In this document: positions 13,868-26,540 of the stretch, piece after piece
Layout of the letters: every line of letters starts with the position of its first letter
How positions within the stretch are numbered: position 1 is the first letter of the stretch
Assembly: GCA_012295275.1 (NCBI GenBank)
Contig: CM022670.1
Location: forward strand, 31,186,001-31,250,000
Length of the DNA stretch: 64,000 bases
From: Chrysomallon squamiferum
Taxonomy: Eukaryota > Animalia > Mollusca
Reading direction: 5' to 3'
Made by a program: the position numbers and the translations under genes
The notes under the pieces: generated by a model
Database searches by the model: none
What the model was told of the DNA's origin: nothing
What the model saw: the letters and a program-made list of their open reading frames with translations, nothing else

Positions 13868-14571
13868 GCATTGCAGTGGGAGCGAGTACCTTTACAATAA
13901 CAGCGATGAGTCTTGATAGATGTTTAGCAATTCGACATCCTGTTGCTTTTCGACGTCTCAGAACGACGACGTTCGCGAGGATACTGATCGTCGTTGTCTG
14001 GGTTATGTCCCTTCTCATTATGATTCCTCTGATTATCGTGAGGAAAACCGTTAGTAATGAAGTGCTGCCTGGAGAGGTTTTTGTCTTCTGCATCGAACAG
14101 TGGCCGTCGTGGAAAAGCAGACGCATCTACGACATCATTATTTTAATGATTGTGTATATATTACCAGGCATAATCATAATGACGTCGTACATTTTAATGG
14201 GAAAGCGCTTATGGGTGCCGGACAAACATTTGAACAGAACGTGCAACAGTTACCATTTTAGAACTCGTCAGGGAATTATGAAACACCATCACGTGACTTC
14301 AAGTCGAAGACGATTGGCTAAGTTGTGTATTGCCGTAGCCTTGATGTTTGCGGTTTGCTGGTTACCGTATTACATGGTGAATACGTATTTAGATTTTTAT
14401 CCTGATATGGAAGCAACGAATGAACTTCATTTCACATTACTTTTGGGTCACTTACATAGTGCAACAAATCCTATTTTGTACTGTTTTCTCCATAAAACAT
14501 TTCGTTGTTATCTGAAAAAGTTCGTGTCGTCTGGTTTCAGAATGAGATGTTCAACTAATAAGCTATCGAGG
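13868..14571 (+). CDS. Internal coding exon (TM3 to helix 8) of a rhodopsin-like class A neuropeptide-type GPCR (QRFP/orexin-allatotropin/SIFamide/CCK-like group; exact subfamily not assignable by eye)
   Basis: Acceptor ttttaatccacAG ends at 13867 after a long pyrimidine tract (phase 1); the frame reads GIAVGASTFTITAMSLDRCLAIRHP (TM3, DRY variant DRC), TM4 W..S...P, ECL2 FCIEQW, TM5 YILPG..I...Y, TM6 FAVCWLPYY, TM7 HSATNPILYCF. Donor AG|GTAAGA at 14572 (phase 0). The ORF-track end at 14622 is read-through into the intron. Confidence 0.95.
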
Positions 14572-15513
14572 GTAAGAGTTATGGTTTTGTTTGTCCTTTC
14601 AGAATTACGTCGCTTATCTTGAGGATCAATGTCACCGTCACTGAAATAAACGTTTTGGCTTCGCTGTTAACTTTCGTATAAGCTTCCAGTTAATTGTATA
14701 GAACATTTTCTGGAAATGTTTGTATTTCTTAAATATCTAGATGTGCTTTCTATAGCTTCAAACAAAAGCTCAGATTGTCATAATTATTTTATATATGTAG
14801 ATGAGATATATTGTTTGTAATTGAACTGAAATTAGATAATCCTACATTCTCACACTACGTTATAGTCTTTCTAAAAAAATACTGCTAAAGAAAAGTTTAT
14901 AATAACTTTTAACTGAATATATTCCACAGTTTTGTTGAACTTACGTCACCATATTTTTCAAATGTTTAGACTTACTTGAAACAATAATAGACTTACTTGA
15001 AACAATAATAATAACAAAGACGATAGCAGCTACAAATCAGTACCGATTTGTAAAGTATGTAAATATTGTTGGTGTAACGAGGATTTCAGGTAGAAAATGA
15101 ACTATAATAATAAAGAAAAGCTGATGAATGTCTTCTGAATCTAAATCCTTTTGAGAATATATTTTTGTTTTTCCTTTATCTTAGCATCAATTAACTATTT
15201 AAAGATAGACTCATACTATCTAACTATTTTGTTTACACAGCGCAGTGATTTAAATGTTTATATAAATAATAAATAATATGTATTCGCTAAACAAGTGAGT
15301 TCCTGGTAGTTACAAAGCTGGATTCTCACTGGCATCTTCATGCTATTGTTAACTTTCTAATCGTTACTAGTAATCTTTACGCCATTGCCTTGTTTTAATC
15401 TTTAACTAACAGTCCCATCTGCAGAAGCTGCCACTGCTGTTTTTCTATATGAACAGCATTATTTATTTGTTATAAATAAATAAATATAGCATGTTATATA
15501 TTCATTATTCCAG

Positions 15514-15843
15514 GGTGGTCTGCCTTCTAACAGCTTCAGGGGTTCTTCAGGAAAGAGTGACTTCAGAGCGTCTTTAAACTACAGACTTCATCATACAAGA
15601 ACAGCAATGAACAGAAATATGACGGCGAGTCAAATCGAAGGGTGTCACTCATGGAGGAGACCGTCGTTTATCTCTGGTTCAGAGTCACATTCACATTCCA
15701 GTGCTAGGAGCCTGGAGGAGCCGCGACATCGAGATCTTCTAGAGGTTCCAATTGCCAGGCATCTGAGGCGCGGATCATATTGTGTCTATATACAAAACCA
15801 CCGACCTGCCCCAGAACGTGCAGAGGATTCCATCAGCAGCTAA
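15514..15843 (+). CDS. Terminal coding exon (Ser/Arg-rich cytoplasmic tail) of the same GPCR
   Basis: Acceptor ttcattattccAG ends at 15513; phase 0 joins in frame with the previous exon and with ORF 15607-15843 (15607-15514 = 93 nt). Reads GGLPSNSFRGSSGKSDFR...RRPSF...RRGSY...DSISS*, open for 109 codons, GC content well above the flanks. Implied intron 14572-15513 (942 nt, GT-AG). Confidence 0.85.
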   Translation, partial: GGLPSNSFRGSSGKSDFRASLNYRLHHTRTAMNRNMTASQIEGCHSWRRPSFISGSESHSHSSARSLEEPRHRDLLEVPIARHLRRGSYCVYIQNHRPAPERAEDSISS

Positions 15844-16077
15844 ATATCTGTCTGTTGACAAATACTGAAATGTAGATTCGTTTGACAATCATAAATAAGG
15901 AGTTAAGACTAAAACAATTGTCTACCTCTGCTAAAAACGAACTTGTTATTCAGGGTTTCTTAAATTATATTTATTAGTAATGAATGTCTAAGTTTTGTTT
16001 TCCTGTGAAACTCTAAGAATGTATCAAACGAACTGCTTAATATATCAGTAGTTTGGTGCTTTTCTTTAAGATGTACA

Positions 16078-16125
16078 ATTAAAATGTTCTGTAACAAATA
16101 TTGTCAAGTTGTTTTTGTTGTTTGT
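16078..16125 (+). terminator. Candidate polyadenylation signal (ATTAAA) plus downstream GT-rich element of the + strand GPCR
   Basis: ATTAAA at 16078-16083, about 235 nt after the stop codon, followed ~25 nt later by GTTGTTTTTGTTGTTTG. Motif evidence only. Confidence 0.4.
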
Positions 16126-16345
16126 TTTCGGAGAGAAACGTTTTTTGTATCATTTATATATACATATATATATTGTGTTTATTTTAAATATAAAAACTTT
16201 CAAAACGTATAATGTTTTTAACCTTTTTATATATTAGAAATAGTATAGCAAATATTTTTAAAATTATCACTTTTGATATATAAATGATAGAATTTAATAA
16301 TTAGAATCAGAGTATACTCATTTAATTCATATATCAAAACACAAA

Positions 16346-16406
<61 letters not shown>

Positions 16407-19400
16407 ATACTCGTAAATAATAAATATAGATAATGATGTTTATATATTTTTTCATTTATATCTAATTTTCCTACATTAATTTATCTCTGTTAGTTTCTCT
16501 TTCTATCAGATTTTTTCTCTGTATATCTATCTCTATCGATCTTCTTTTTTTCACTTTTTCTTTATATCTATACCAGATACTGAAGCTATGATTTAGAAAA
16601 CGACTAAGCATCAACTTCATTGCATTCTGTGATGACATCAATTTAAATCTTCTTAATGGTCGACGCAGTAAAACGTGGAAAGCAAGATAACTAAATCTGT
16701 GTTGTTGAAGCTAGTATATTAGAAACATTTTGCTAGAAATAATTTTATTATTAAATTTCCTTTAAATATCTTTCTACTGACAAAAGGAAAATTAGTTTTT
16801 ATTATTAGAAAGTGAGAGAATTGTCAAAATATCTAAAATATTTAGATAAGACAAAACCGGACGACCCACGAAGATAAATATAATGATACAAATCGCAGAG
16901 GACTGACTTTAATATCTTGATATTAGATAGAATTAGGCGTAACACGACATTGGGTATTTTCCCGTCTAATTGGAAGAAGCCAGATAAAGCTATTTTGTTT
17001 TTGGTGTTTTGTGTATTTATTTTCCAAACAAACACAGTAATTGCCATCATTAAATGGAAAAATTAAATAGATGTTGACAACATAAATCTTCCTTAATAAC
17101 AAAAATAACTAAAATGGGAACTTGTCGCTTATGTGCTTTTATTAATTATATTCTGTTTTTGCTCAACCATGGTGATGATGACGTTTCGTACTGATATTGA
17201 AAGCCTCCATTTTACAAGCTAGTGATTATTATTACAGAGATAAACTTTTATTTGTTTATATTATTTGTATGCATATATGTATGTTTGTATGTATGTATTA
17301 GTGTATGGATGTATGTATATAAGTATGTACATCAACTATTAATGTATCCATTTATTTATTTATTTACCTTAATTACTTGGTCTTACCATCTACCGAGTTA
17401 AAATATTGTTCAACTTAAGCCAAAAAAAAAAAAAATACCTTCTATGCCGTGACCACCAAATCGTCTCCAAGGCCGGCAGCTACTTGACTGTATCACGGAA
17501 TGTTTAACACTTGTAATGCCTAAGCCTTCGACCTTTCTCTTCAGTCTTTCTCACTGACAGATCTAGAACTAACAAAATGATTGAGGATTTGTTTATTGAT
17601 CGATGGATTCTTTGGAGAATTAGTAACAGATCGAAGGGATAAAGGATACATCCATTCACTACATCGAATAAACGAAATCGAATCAAGAAACTATTTTTTA
17701 TTATTTAAAAAATGGTCTCGGCAAACAAACGCATCACTTTGTCAATAAAGAAATAAGAAAAACGAAAGATTTCGTGTTTTGTACATGTTTAAGAATGTTG
17801 AAAATGCATGGTTGGATAAAGTGACAAGCACATCCCATGTTTTGTCAAACGGTTGTTTTGTAAGAGACACTAATAGGCCTAGATATTTCCAAAAAATAAA
17901 TATGATAGATTGTTTGCACTTATCTAAGAATGTTGAAGATGTATGGCTTTGTAAGGACAAGCAAATCGCATGCTTTCTCAAAGAATGAATGAATAAATTA
18001 AATATGGGTAAATGTTTGATGGAACGATGGAAGAATGGATGCAGGAAGGAACGAATGAACAAACATACGAGCGAATCCTTGAATATGTCACAAGATCTCA
18101 GTGCATGTTATATTGATGGCAGTCAGATAACAAACTGATATTCCAACAGAAAGTAATATGTGAGACAGACAAATAAATAAAAAAAAATTCTAAAACTTTA
18201 GGACAGTCTTTATTATCACAGACAATAAAGCACATGCCAAGGAACAAAATAAAACATACCAAAAAGTAAACAGATAAACAACCTTGCAGGACCAAATTAC
18301 AACAGACCATGAAAACAAAGGAAACAATAATGATCACGAAAGAAAGACAAATTTAGTAAAGAGCAATTCTCTGATTCTGTTGCAGATAAAAAAAAAACCC
18401 AAAACCAGATAATAAAGAGCAAACAGTCATAATCCAAAATTATCTCAACTTCCCGCACACAATTTATTTTCATTTTTCATTTTTTTTTTTTTCCAGGAAA
18501 GTATTCAAGCTAAATAGTTTGATAGATGTAAGACAATCCATTAATTCATTTAGATCATAAAACTGAGGAAATCATTTTTGATGGCCTCTAGCAAACTATC
18601 AGATCGACTTTTTAATTATCGATGTTATTGTTTTTCTATCATCCTTAATTAAACAACCATTAAGGATCTGATTACTTGATCAATTTATCATGAATTTGTT
18701 TTTCGTCAACTTAATTGGATAAGGTTTATCCCCGTTCTAGAAATACTTCTAGGAGTTGTAGTAGTATCAGCAGCTGCAGAAGTAGTAGTAGTAGTAGTAG
18801 TAATAGAAACAGCAAGATTAATAATAGTAGCATCAGAAGTTGAAAATAATAATAGTTCTAGTAGTAAATGCTATGTTGTTTTCGATTAACTATTATAGTG
18901 ACAATAGTTGAAATAAGAGCTGCAGCAGAAGTAGTAATAGCAATAGTAGTAGTGGTAGTTGTTGTTGTTGACGTTGTAGTAATGGTTATAATAATAGCAG
19001 TAATTGTATAGTAGTTACAGCAGTAGTAGTAGTGATAATTGTAGCAGTAATAATGATAGTGATTTCAATAGTAATAGCAGTAATAGTAATAGTGGTAGTA
19101 GAATTGTAATAGCGGTCGTTGCAGCAATATAGGTAGTACTAGTAACAGTAGTAGTTCTTGTTGTCGTCGTTGTCGCTGTTGTTGTAAGATAGAAGTGATA
19201 TAGAAATAGAAGTACTAATAATAGTGAAAGATATTACAAAGTTGGAATTAAATTTACATTTACAATTAAATATGAAACGACTGTCTTAATATTATGAACA
19301 AAGGACTAAATAATTTATATTAAGATTGTTTAATTTGTATCATTATGATTATAAAATAAAAATGAAGTAATGTTTCGCATTCTATAAACACATTACTGCT

Positions 19401-21075
19401 TTTTGAAATGTATATGAACAGCAGTTAAACAGTTTTATTTAATTTTTTATAATCCTTCTAAAATTGCAATCATATTTTAAAAAAACTAAATAATAATAAT
19501 AATCTGGGCAACCAGATCAACTCAAGAATAATCATATTATCATAAACTTTGCAGCTGAAGTGCAGAGAAATATGTTATTTTTAAAATACTAATTCTCGAC
19601 TGGAAACATTTGCATCTGAAAACCCAAGGCTGTTTAGACATTTTGAAAAGATCAATATTTATTTTTCCAGTACTGGCGACAGAAGAATGATAATAACTTG
19701 GTCCTTTTGTTTTAAATAAAACTCGTGACTTTCTGTTTAATTAATGTAAAGTTCTTGTTTGTTTCCGATCAAAAGACATAATTATTTTACCTTCATTGCT
19801 ATCTAAATGATTTCAGGGACAATTCTAGTTGTAACTCCTGTTGTTTAGCCCAAGGTCAGATCTGTATACAGCTTAAAATTAGAGGTATTTTAGAACAGAT
19901 TACGGGAGGGGAGGGGGCAGTTATAAAAAGATTTCAGAGAATAATTGTGCTGAAATAAACAATTATACGAATAATAGTTTGGATAATAAGATTAGTAACC
20001 ATAACAGTTTTCAAAGTAGTATAGTAACAGTGATTTTTGTATTAGTCTTAGTAGTAGTATTAGTGGTACTAATCGAAAAGGTACTGGTATTTGTGGTAGT
20101 AGTAGCAGTAGTAATACTAGTAGTAGTAACAGTAGTAGTAGTGGTGGTAGTAGTAGTAGTAGTAGTAGAAATAGTAACAGTAGCAGTAATAATTTGTAGT
20201 AGTAATTTGTAAATTATTATTATTACCTGATATACAGTAAGTTTTCATAAACATGGATATGATGAATTTCAGAGAAAATCTGTTCAAGTCACTAGAGGCT
20301 TCAACATGGAAAAATATAAAATATCAGAATTTTTTTTTTTATAACCGACAATTAAAATAAAAAAAAAAAAAAAAAAAAAAAAACAACTTCTATTAATTTT
20401 TGTTCTAATAAATAACTGCCAAATCTGATCGCAGATTTTTCGTGATAATTCGTCATAACTAATATTTCACTGGGCTAATTAGTGTCACACTGTGGTAGAA
20501 GGGTCAGGCTAAAATATTATCATTATGACTCTCTTTGCCGTCGTCAGTGGCTTACACACATTTCCTATTAGCACAAATTCCGAATGAACATTTCGTGGGG
20601 GGGGGGGGTCACGGGTTTACTGCGTATTTTCAGTGACGCAGGGGTTCTGTCGCTGGACAAATGGTTTTGTTACTGATTAATGGTAGGCATAGACGATGTA
20701 ATTTCTGGTTCTTGGTTAGCTACCGTTATTTATTATTGAAGAAGACACGAAAAACTGGTTTGTACAAATCCTGATTACAAGGTGCATAAATATTACTAAA
20801 TTAGATGTATGGTGTTATTACTTCAAGTTTTAAATACCACTACTAATAATAATAACAACAACAACAATAACAGCAACAACAGAAATAATAATAAGAAGAA
20901 GAAGAAGAAAAAATTATTATTGTCGGGATGATGGTAAAAGCCACTGGTTGCATTTTTGTTATATTGCGTAAATTATTTCGAATTTTGTTTTTATTTATTT
21001 GTTTGTTTGTTTGTTTATATATATTTTGTGAATTGGTCTTAGTGTCTGTAGAGGTAGCAGTAGTAGTAGTAGCTT

Positions 21076-21225
21076 TAATGAATGTCTAAGTTTTGTTTTC
21101 CTGTGAAACTCTAAGACTGTATCAAAAGAACTGCTTAATATATCAGGTGTTTGGTGAGGTTCCTTAAGATGTACAATTAAAATGTTCTGTAACAAACACT
21201 GTCAAGTTGTTTTTGTGGTTTTCGG
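21076..21225 (+). repeat. ~150-bp direct copy of 15978-16131 (GPCR 3'-UTR segment)
   Basis: TAATGAATGTCTAAGTTTTGTTTTCCTGTGAAACTCTAAGA...TTAAGATGTACAATTAAAATGTTCTGTAACAAA is shared, with only scattered substitutions. Confidence 0.95.
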
Positions 21226-21634
21226 GCTCTACTACTACTACTACTAGTAATCGAAGTAATCATAGTAATAGTAGTGGAAGTAGCAGTAGAAGTAACAGTC
21301 GCAGCAGTGGTAGTACCTGTTTTAGGAGTAGTAGTAGTGGTGATTGTTATGATGGTGGTGATTGTAATGGTTCTGGTGTTTATGATGATGGTACTGGCAG
21401 TAATAATAATAGTAGCAATGCTAGCAGTTGTAGTAGTAGTTGTAGAGGCGGTAGTGTAATAGTACCAGTAGTTTTCGTTGGTGGTGGTGTTGTAGGCTGA
21501 AATTAGTATGCTATATACAAATTGTAGACATATATATGTGAATTTATTTGTTTTAATTAACTCGAATGCGTAAAAAGACAAATTCTAATATTAAAAAAAA
21601 TAAATTAAAAAAAATGTATGTTATTTTCTTTTTG

Positions 21635-21732
21635 AAAAAAGAAAGAAGAAAAAAGCCAGCAATAAAAAATGAAAAAAAGAAAAAAGTTTTTTTTCATTTT
21701 TTATTGCTGGCTTTTTTTTTTCTTTCTTTTTT
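21635..21732. repeat. Long near-perfect inverted repeat (hairpin/cruciform-capable)
   Basis: AAAAAAGCCAGCAATAAAAAATGAAAAAAA ... TTTTTTTCATTTTTTATTGCTGGCTTTTTT: 30-bp perfect core, extendable to about 44 bp, ~9-nt loop; ORF track shows KKKPAIKNEKK on both strands. Confidence 0.9.
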
Positions 21733-22250
21733 TTTCTTTTTTTTTTTTTTCTTTTTTTTTCAGTTATCTCTAGCTTCACATTAATTTTAAACACTGGAAC
21801 ATTTTCTAAAATCAAAATAGCCACAACTTTTGATGATGCAATCATAATTTAAAAGTAACAACATCACTGAATGAATTTCAGTATGCATTCCATTCATGTA
21901 GAAATAATTAAGTTAATACTATTTTTATGATATGAATATACTATTATAAAAGAAACAAGAAAAAAAAGGAATGAAATTCGTTTCTTGTATGATACGGATT
22001 AAAACGATAATAATAATTTCCTTTCCACTCGGTTTTTTCTGTACAAAGCTCGTAATCAAGGATGTCAATGAAAAATACGTTCAATTTAAAATTGCGCAAA
22101 AGCAGTAAAATCATAATCACCATTTTAATAAGAGACATCGATAGTTCATTTATCAGAAATCCGATCTAAGAACGCTTCGCTACAGGGTCAGTTCGCCTCA
22201 GAATACCACAGTTAGATAGACAAACAGACAGAGATATCGATAGATGGATG

Positions 22251-22310
<60 letters not shown>

Positions 22311-23879
22311 TAGACGATATAGACGACATAGAATGTGTGTGTGTGTGTGTGTGTGTGCGTGTGTGTGTGTGTGTGCTAATCTAGTTCATGGGAAATTACG
22401 CATAATTTATTTTCATGATTCACCTCTGATTTAAATATATACAGACTTAAAGATATAGAGAAATAACGTATTCGTGCATTTTTTTGCGAATTTTAGTTCT
22501 CTTTTTCAATGCACTCAGATACAGCCGCAGTCGACATAAATGACAAATTGAGTTTTATCATAATGTTGAAGGGACTTTCATCACTCAAATGATAAAATGA
22601 CAAAAATCATTTTCAAAATTTGTGTTATGTGGCTAGATAGCGATTAATAATGAAAATGTGTTATCGGAAATAAAGTGTAGGTTAAGTGTAAGCAATAACT
22701 AGTGATCTAGCATGAAAAGAAATAGTAGCAATAATTAACTGAAACAATAAAAAATCTGGAATATTATTGTTTATCGTTTTTACGTTTGTTTCCAAAATGT
22801 ATTAATTTTGAAGACTATTTTCGTTTCTTGTTTTTGTTTTATTTAATTTTTATTTTATTAAATTAATTAGACTTTTAATGAATAAAGAAACGGAAGAATG
22901 AAACAAACAACCGAAAGAATGACAGCTTCAACACATTTTAATATTTGCTTTACAAAAATCAAAAATATGTTCTTGTATAATAACATATCAGAGAGGAAAC
23001 ACGCGTCTCTGTGATCAACTTGCATCGATAATCGGTAAATAATCTTTTATATGCAGCGTTTGGATAAACACAAAACGGACATAACATGCTGTCTGTCATG
23101 AGCAAATCGTGGTGAACTTGATAGACGTGAAATATCCCAATAAGAGAACCGACAAATATCGACCATGTCTCGTGTGAGCATTCTGACCACAGAACTACAA
23201 CCCGAAAATTAGTTGAGCAGCATGAGCAACAGCATATAAAAACAAAGGCTTTGAAGTGACTTGCCTTACAAAAGTTTGCAATTATTGACGTCATTGTTTC
23301 AATACTATCTCATAAATCAATAAAAAATGAAAAAATAATAATAATAAGGAGAAGAAATGATCATTCAAGGTTGAACTGGCGTAATTTTCTGAGCATAACA
23401 AGCAAAAAGTAATCATATTCGTATGCTGATTATTAAACGAAAATTGCATGGTTACCGTCATGTCGAGTACTTCAAGGTTAAGACCGTATGTCGCAGATCC
23501 AAACGAATTCGCACGAATGGCAGAATTGATTGCACCATTTGTGTTAGCCGTTTTAAATTAAATCGCCGTGGTAAACAATCAAGACACGCTTGTATGGCGA
23601 ATAATCTGCTATACACATTCCCAAGCCAGCACCTTCCAGTAGTTGTTTTTATACAGATTTTAAATCCCTGCTTTGCTTCCGCTTTTCATCCAGACTTCTC
23701 CTGCTGTTTAGAGGAAATGTAAATTCTATCTCATTAGCGTGGTGACAAGTGAGGTCAGAAAAGACTTGTTTACACTGTTACCCATTAATGATTGAGAAAA
23801 TTTGTGATAGATAGAAATAGATTTCTACCATATACGGTTTTGATGAATGCGAATATTTCTTATAAAAAATACATGTACA

Positions 23880-24250
23880 CCTTTAGTATTATGAAGGCTG
23901 TATACGGTTTTTGTGTTACGAAAAATCCATATTGGATTAGTATTATATGAACATTCCAAAAGCCTTTAGTATTACGAAGACCCCAGGTGTTAGCTGAAGG
24001 TTTCATACGGGCTAATATTATGTAATCTTCTAACTCCTTTACAATTATGAAGTTTCGTGATGCTTTTATTATTATGAAAACTTCAAACGTCCTTTATATT
24101 ATGAAGATTTCATTCACCTTTTAAATTATGAAAGCAGTATACGTTTTTAATATTACCAAAATCACTCATGTCTATGATATTATTTCAGTTTCCTTTTATG
24201 ATATGAAGATTCCAAAATCTTGTATTGTGAAGACTTCACATGAAGATTCC
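23880..24250. repeat. Decayed minisatellite, ~27 bp period
   Basis: Recurrent CTTTAGTATTATGAAGA-like motif (TATTATGAA core) more than 10 times. Confidence 0.7.
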
Positions 24251-25239
24251 ATCAGTGAGCATTATAATATATTCAAATATATAAATATTTTATCTGTTAT
24301 TTAGTAATTTTGTTTTTACGGCACACAGTTTTAGTTATATGATATTGTTTATAATATGTTTCAGTATATAAACATTATAGAGACCATTAACTGAAATCGG
24401 TGAAACAATACACTCAAGAAAGAAATTTCTTTGACAGCTTATTATTCCCATGTGATACTTTTTCTCTGATATAAGAAATTAATATCTAATTTATTAAATT
24501 TTTATCTGTATATTTAAATTGATTTAATATAATATTTATTGAGATTGTAGAATTTGGAAGACATTTAACCAATACACTAACACACGCATACACACACTCA
24601 TATAAATATATATATATATATATAACAGTTGGACTTGTAAGAGCATACGTATTTTTGCCCTTATTTAGCTTTCTTTAAACATATATACGGACGTATATTC
24701 AGTTCCATCCATTTTTCACAACCATTTAGAAAAATAAAAATTTTCTCGATTAATCAGATTTATAAACGAATTTCTTTTGTCAAGAATTAATACACCAAAT
24801 TTCATTTTCAGTTTTTAAAAACATATTTCTTTATTAGTCTTTTTGCATTCAGATGGTATAATGAATATCTAAAGAATTCAACACAAAAAAAAGTCACGGA
24901 TTATGATAACATACGATACTAAATCGAAACCAAATGCTGTGATTTTAAAGATAATTTTAGTTTTACCTCAAGCAAACAATTACGGGCTGTTTGCTAAAGG
25001 TGCTGCATTACAGTATCTGTGTAACAACAAATCTTGGTTGGTTTTAATGATGATCATTGAGTTTCAGGCGTAGATCAACGATCGCACAAAACTGCGAAGG
25101 TACAGTTTAATAATTTAATCAATATTTTTTTCACTGCTAATGTTTATTAATGAATTTAATAAATCTGATATATGAACAGTAATTTAAATATATCTGTGTG
25201 TAGATAGATAGACAGATAGACAGACAGATAAATAGAGAT

Positions 25240-25299
<60 letters not shown>

Positions 25300-26265
25300 A
25301 GATACAGATAAAGATGTAGATAAAGATATAGATATAGATATTTGTTCAAGAAGAGTGAGAGTTGCTGCAGCTTGTATTTACATATGAAAAAAAATAGACA
25401 AACATACACTTGCTTATATAAGCATATATACATACAGACACACAAACACATACACATACGTACATACATACATACGTTCAAGTATATGTACAAACACAAA
25501 CATACGCACGCATATGTATGTATGTCTTCCTATTTACATACACAAACAAACATACGCGAACACACATTCATTAGGTGTGTATGTTGAAGGTAATTTTTCC
25601 TTCATTTCGATGTCTGGCGAAAAGGACCATCTTTTAGTTCACATGATTCGGGGAGATTTTCTAATATTAACCAGCACACGCTGAGGTGAATTACCTCTGA
25701 CTAGGTCTAACAGTTGAATTGTTTTCTTTTGAGAGAGTCATACAAAGTTTAGATTTAAAAAAAAAAAATAGTTTGTACGTAGGTAAGAACTGGTGATTCA
25801 TCTAATGTTCACAGGGAATGCCTCAGTCGAGAATGGAATAATTAATTATTAAAGACCAGCTGAGAATTGCTATAGATATGTATGAAAGTGTACTAGATGT
25901 TTTCAGTTGGAGGAAAGGAGTCAGTGATTTTATTTTTAAATATTTATAGCGTAAAATGTACATTATAAAGTTTTCATTCATGCAGTGAATACTTTCAAAC
26001 AAATTAACAATTATTAAATTAAATTAAATTATTTAATTAATAATAATATATATAAATATAATAATAATAATCATCATCATCATCACGATAATAATAATAA
26101 TAATAGTAATAATAATAGTAATAATAATGAAAATGTCCCTCTGCCAAATTCAAACTAAAAACAAACTAAAAAAAAATAAACTGAACACTGAGATTAATAC
26201 ATGATATAGTATGCAGAATATCATAGAGGTCTATATATGTATGTGTGTGTGCGTGTATGTATACA

Positions 26266-26333
<68 letters not shown>

Positions 26334-26374
26334 TATACAGTGTTACTTAACCAGTTATACTCATTTTTACTGAA

Positions 26375-26540
26375 ACGTGTTTCTTGCTCAAAAAGCATTC
26401 ATGTCGTATATTGTTAAAAATCAAATATGATTTATCTTGTTCAAAAACCATATATTGTTCTCTTGATCAAAAAGCATCTATGGTGTCTTTTGATTAAAAA
26501 ATATTCATGATATATCCTGCTCAAAAAGTATTCATTGTGA
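26375..26540. repeat. Decayed minisatellite, ~27 bp period
   Basis: Recurrent TCTTGCTCAAAAAGCATTCATG-like units about 6 times, fading out downstream. Confidence 0.65.

Noticed and set aside
14967-15008. 21-bp tandem duplication in the last GPCR intron
   Set aside because: Ordinary slippage duplication with no evident consequence.
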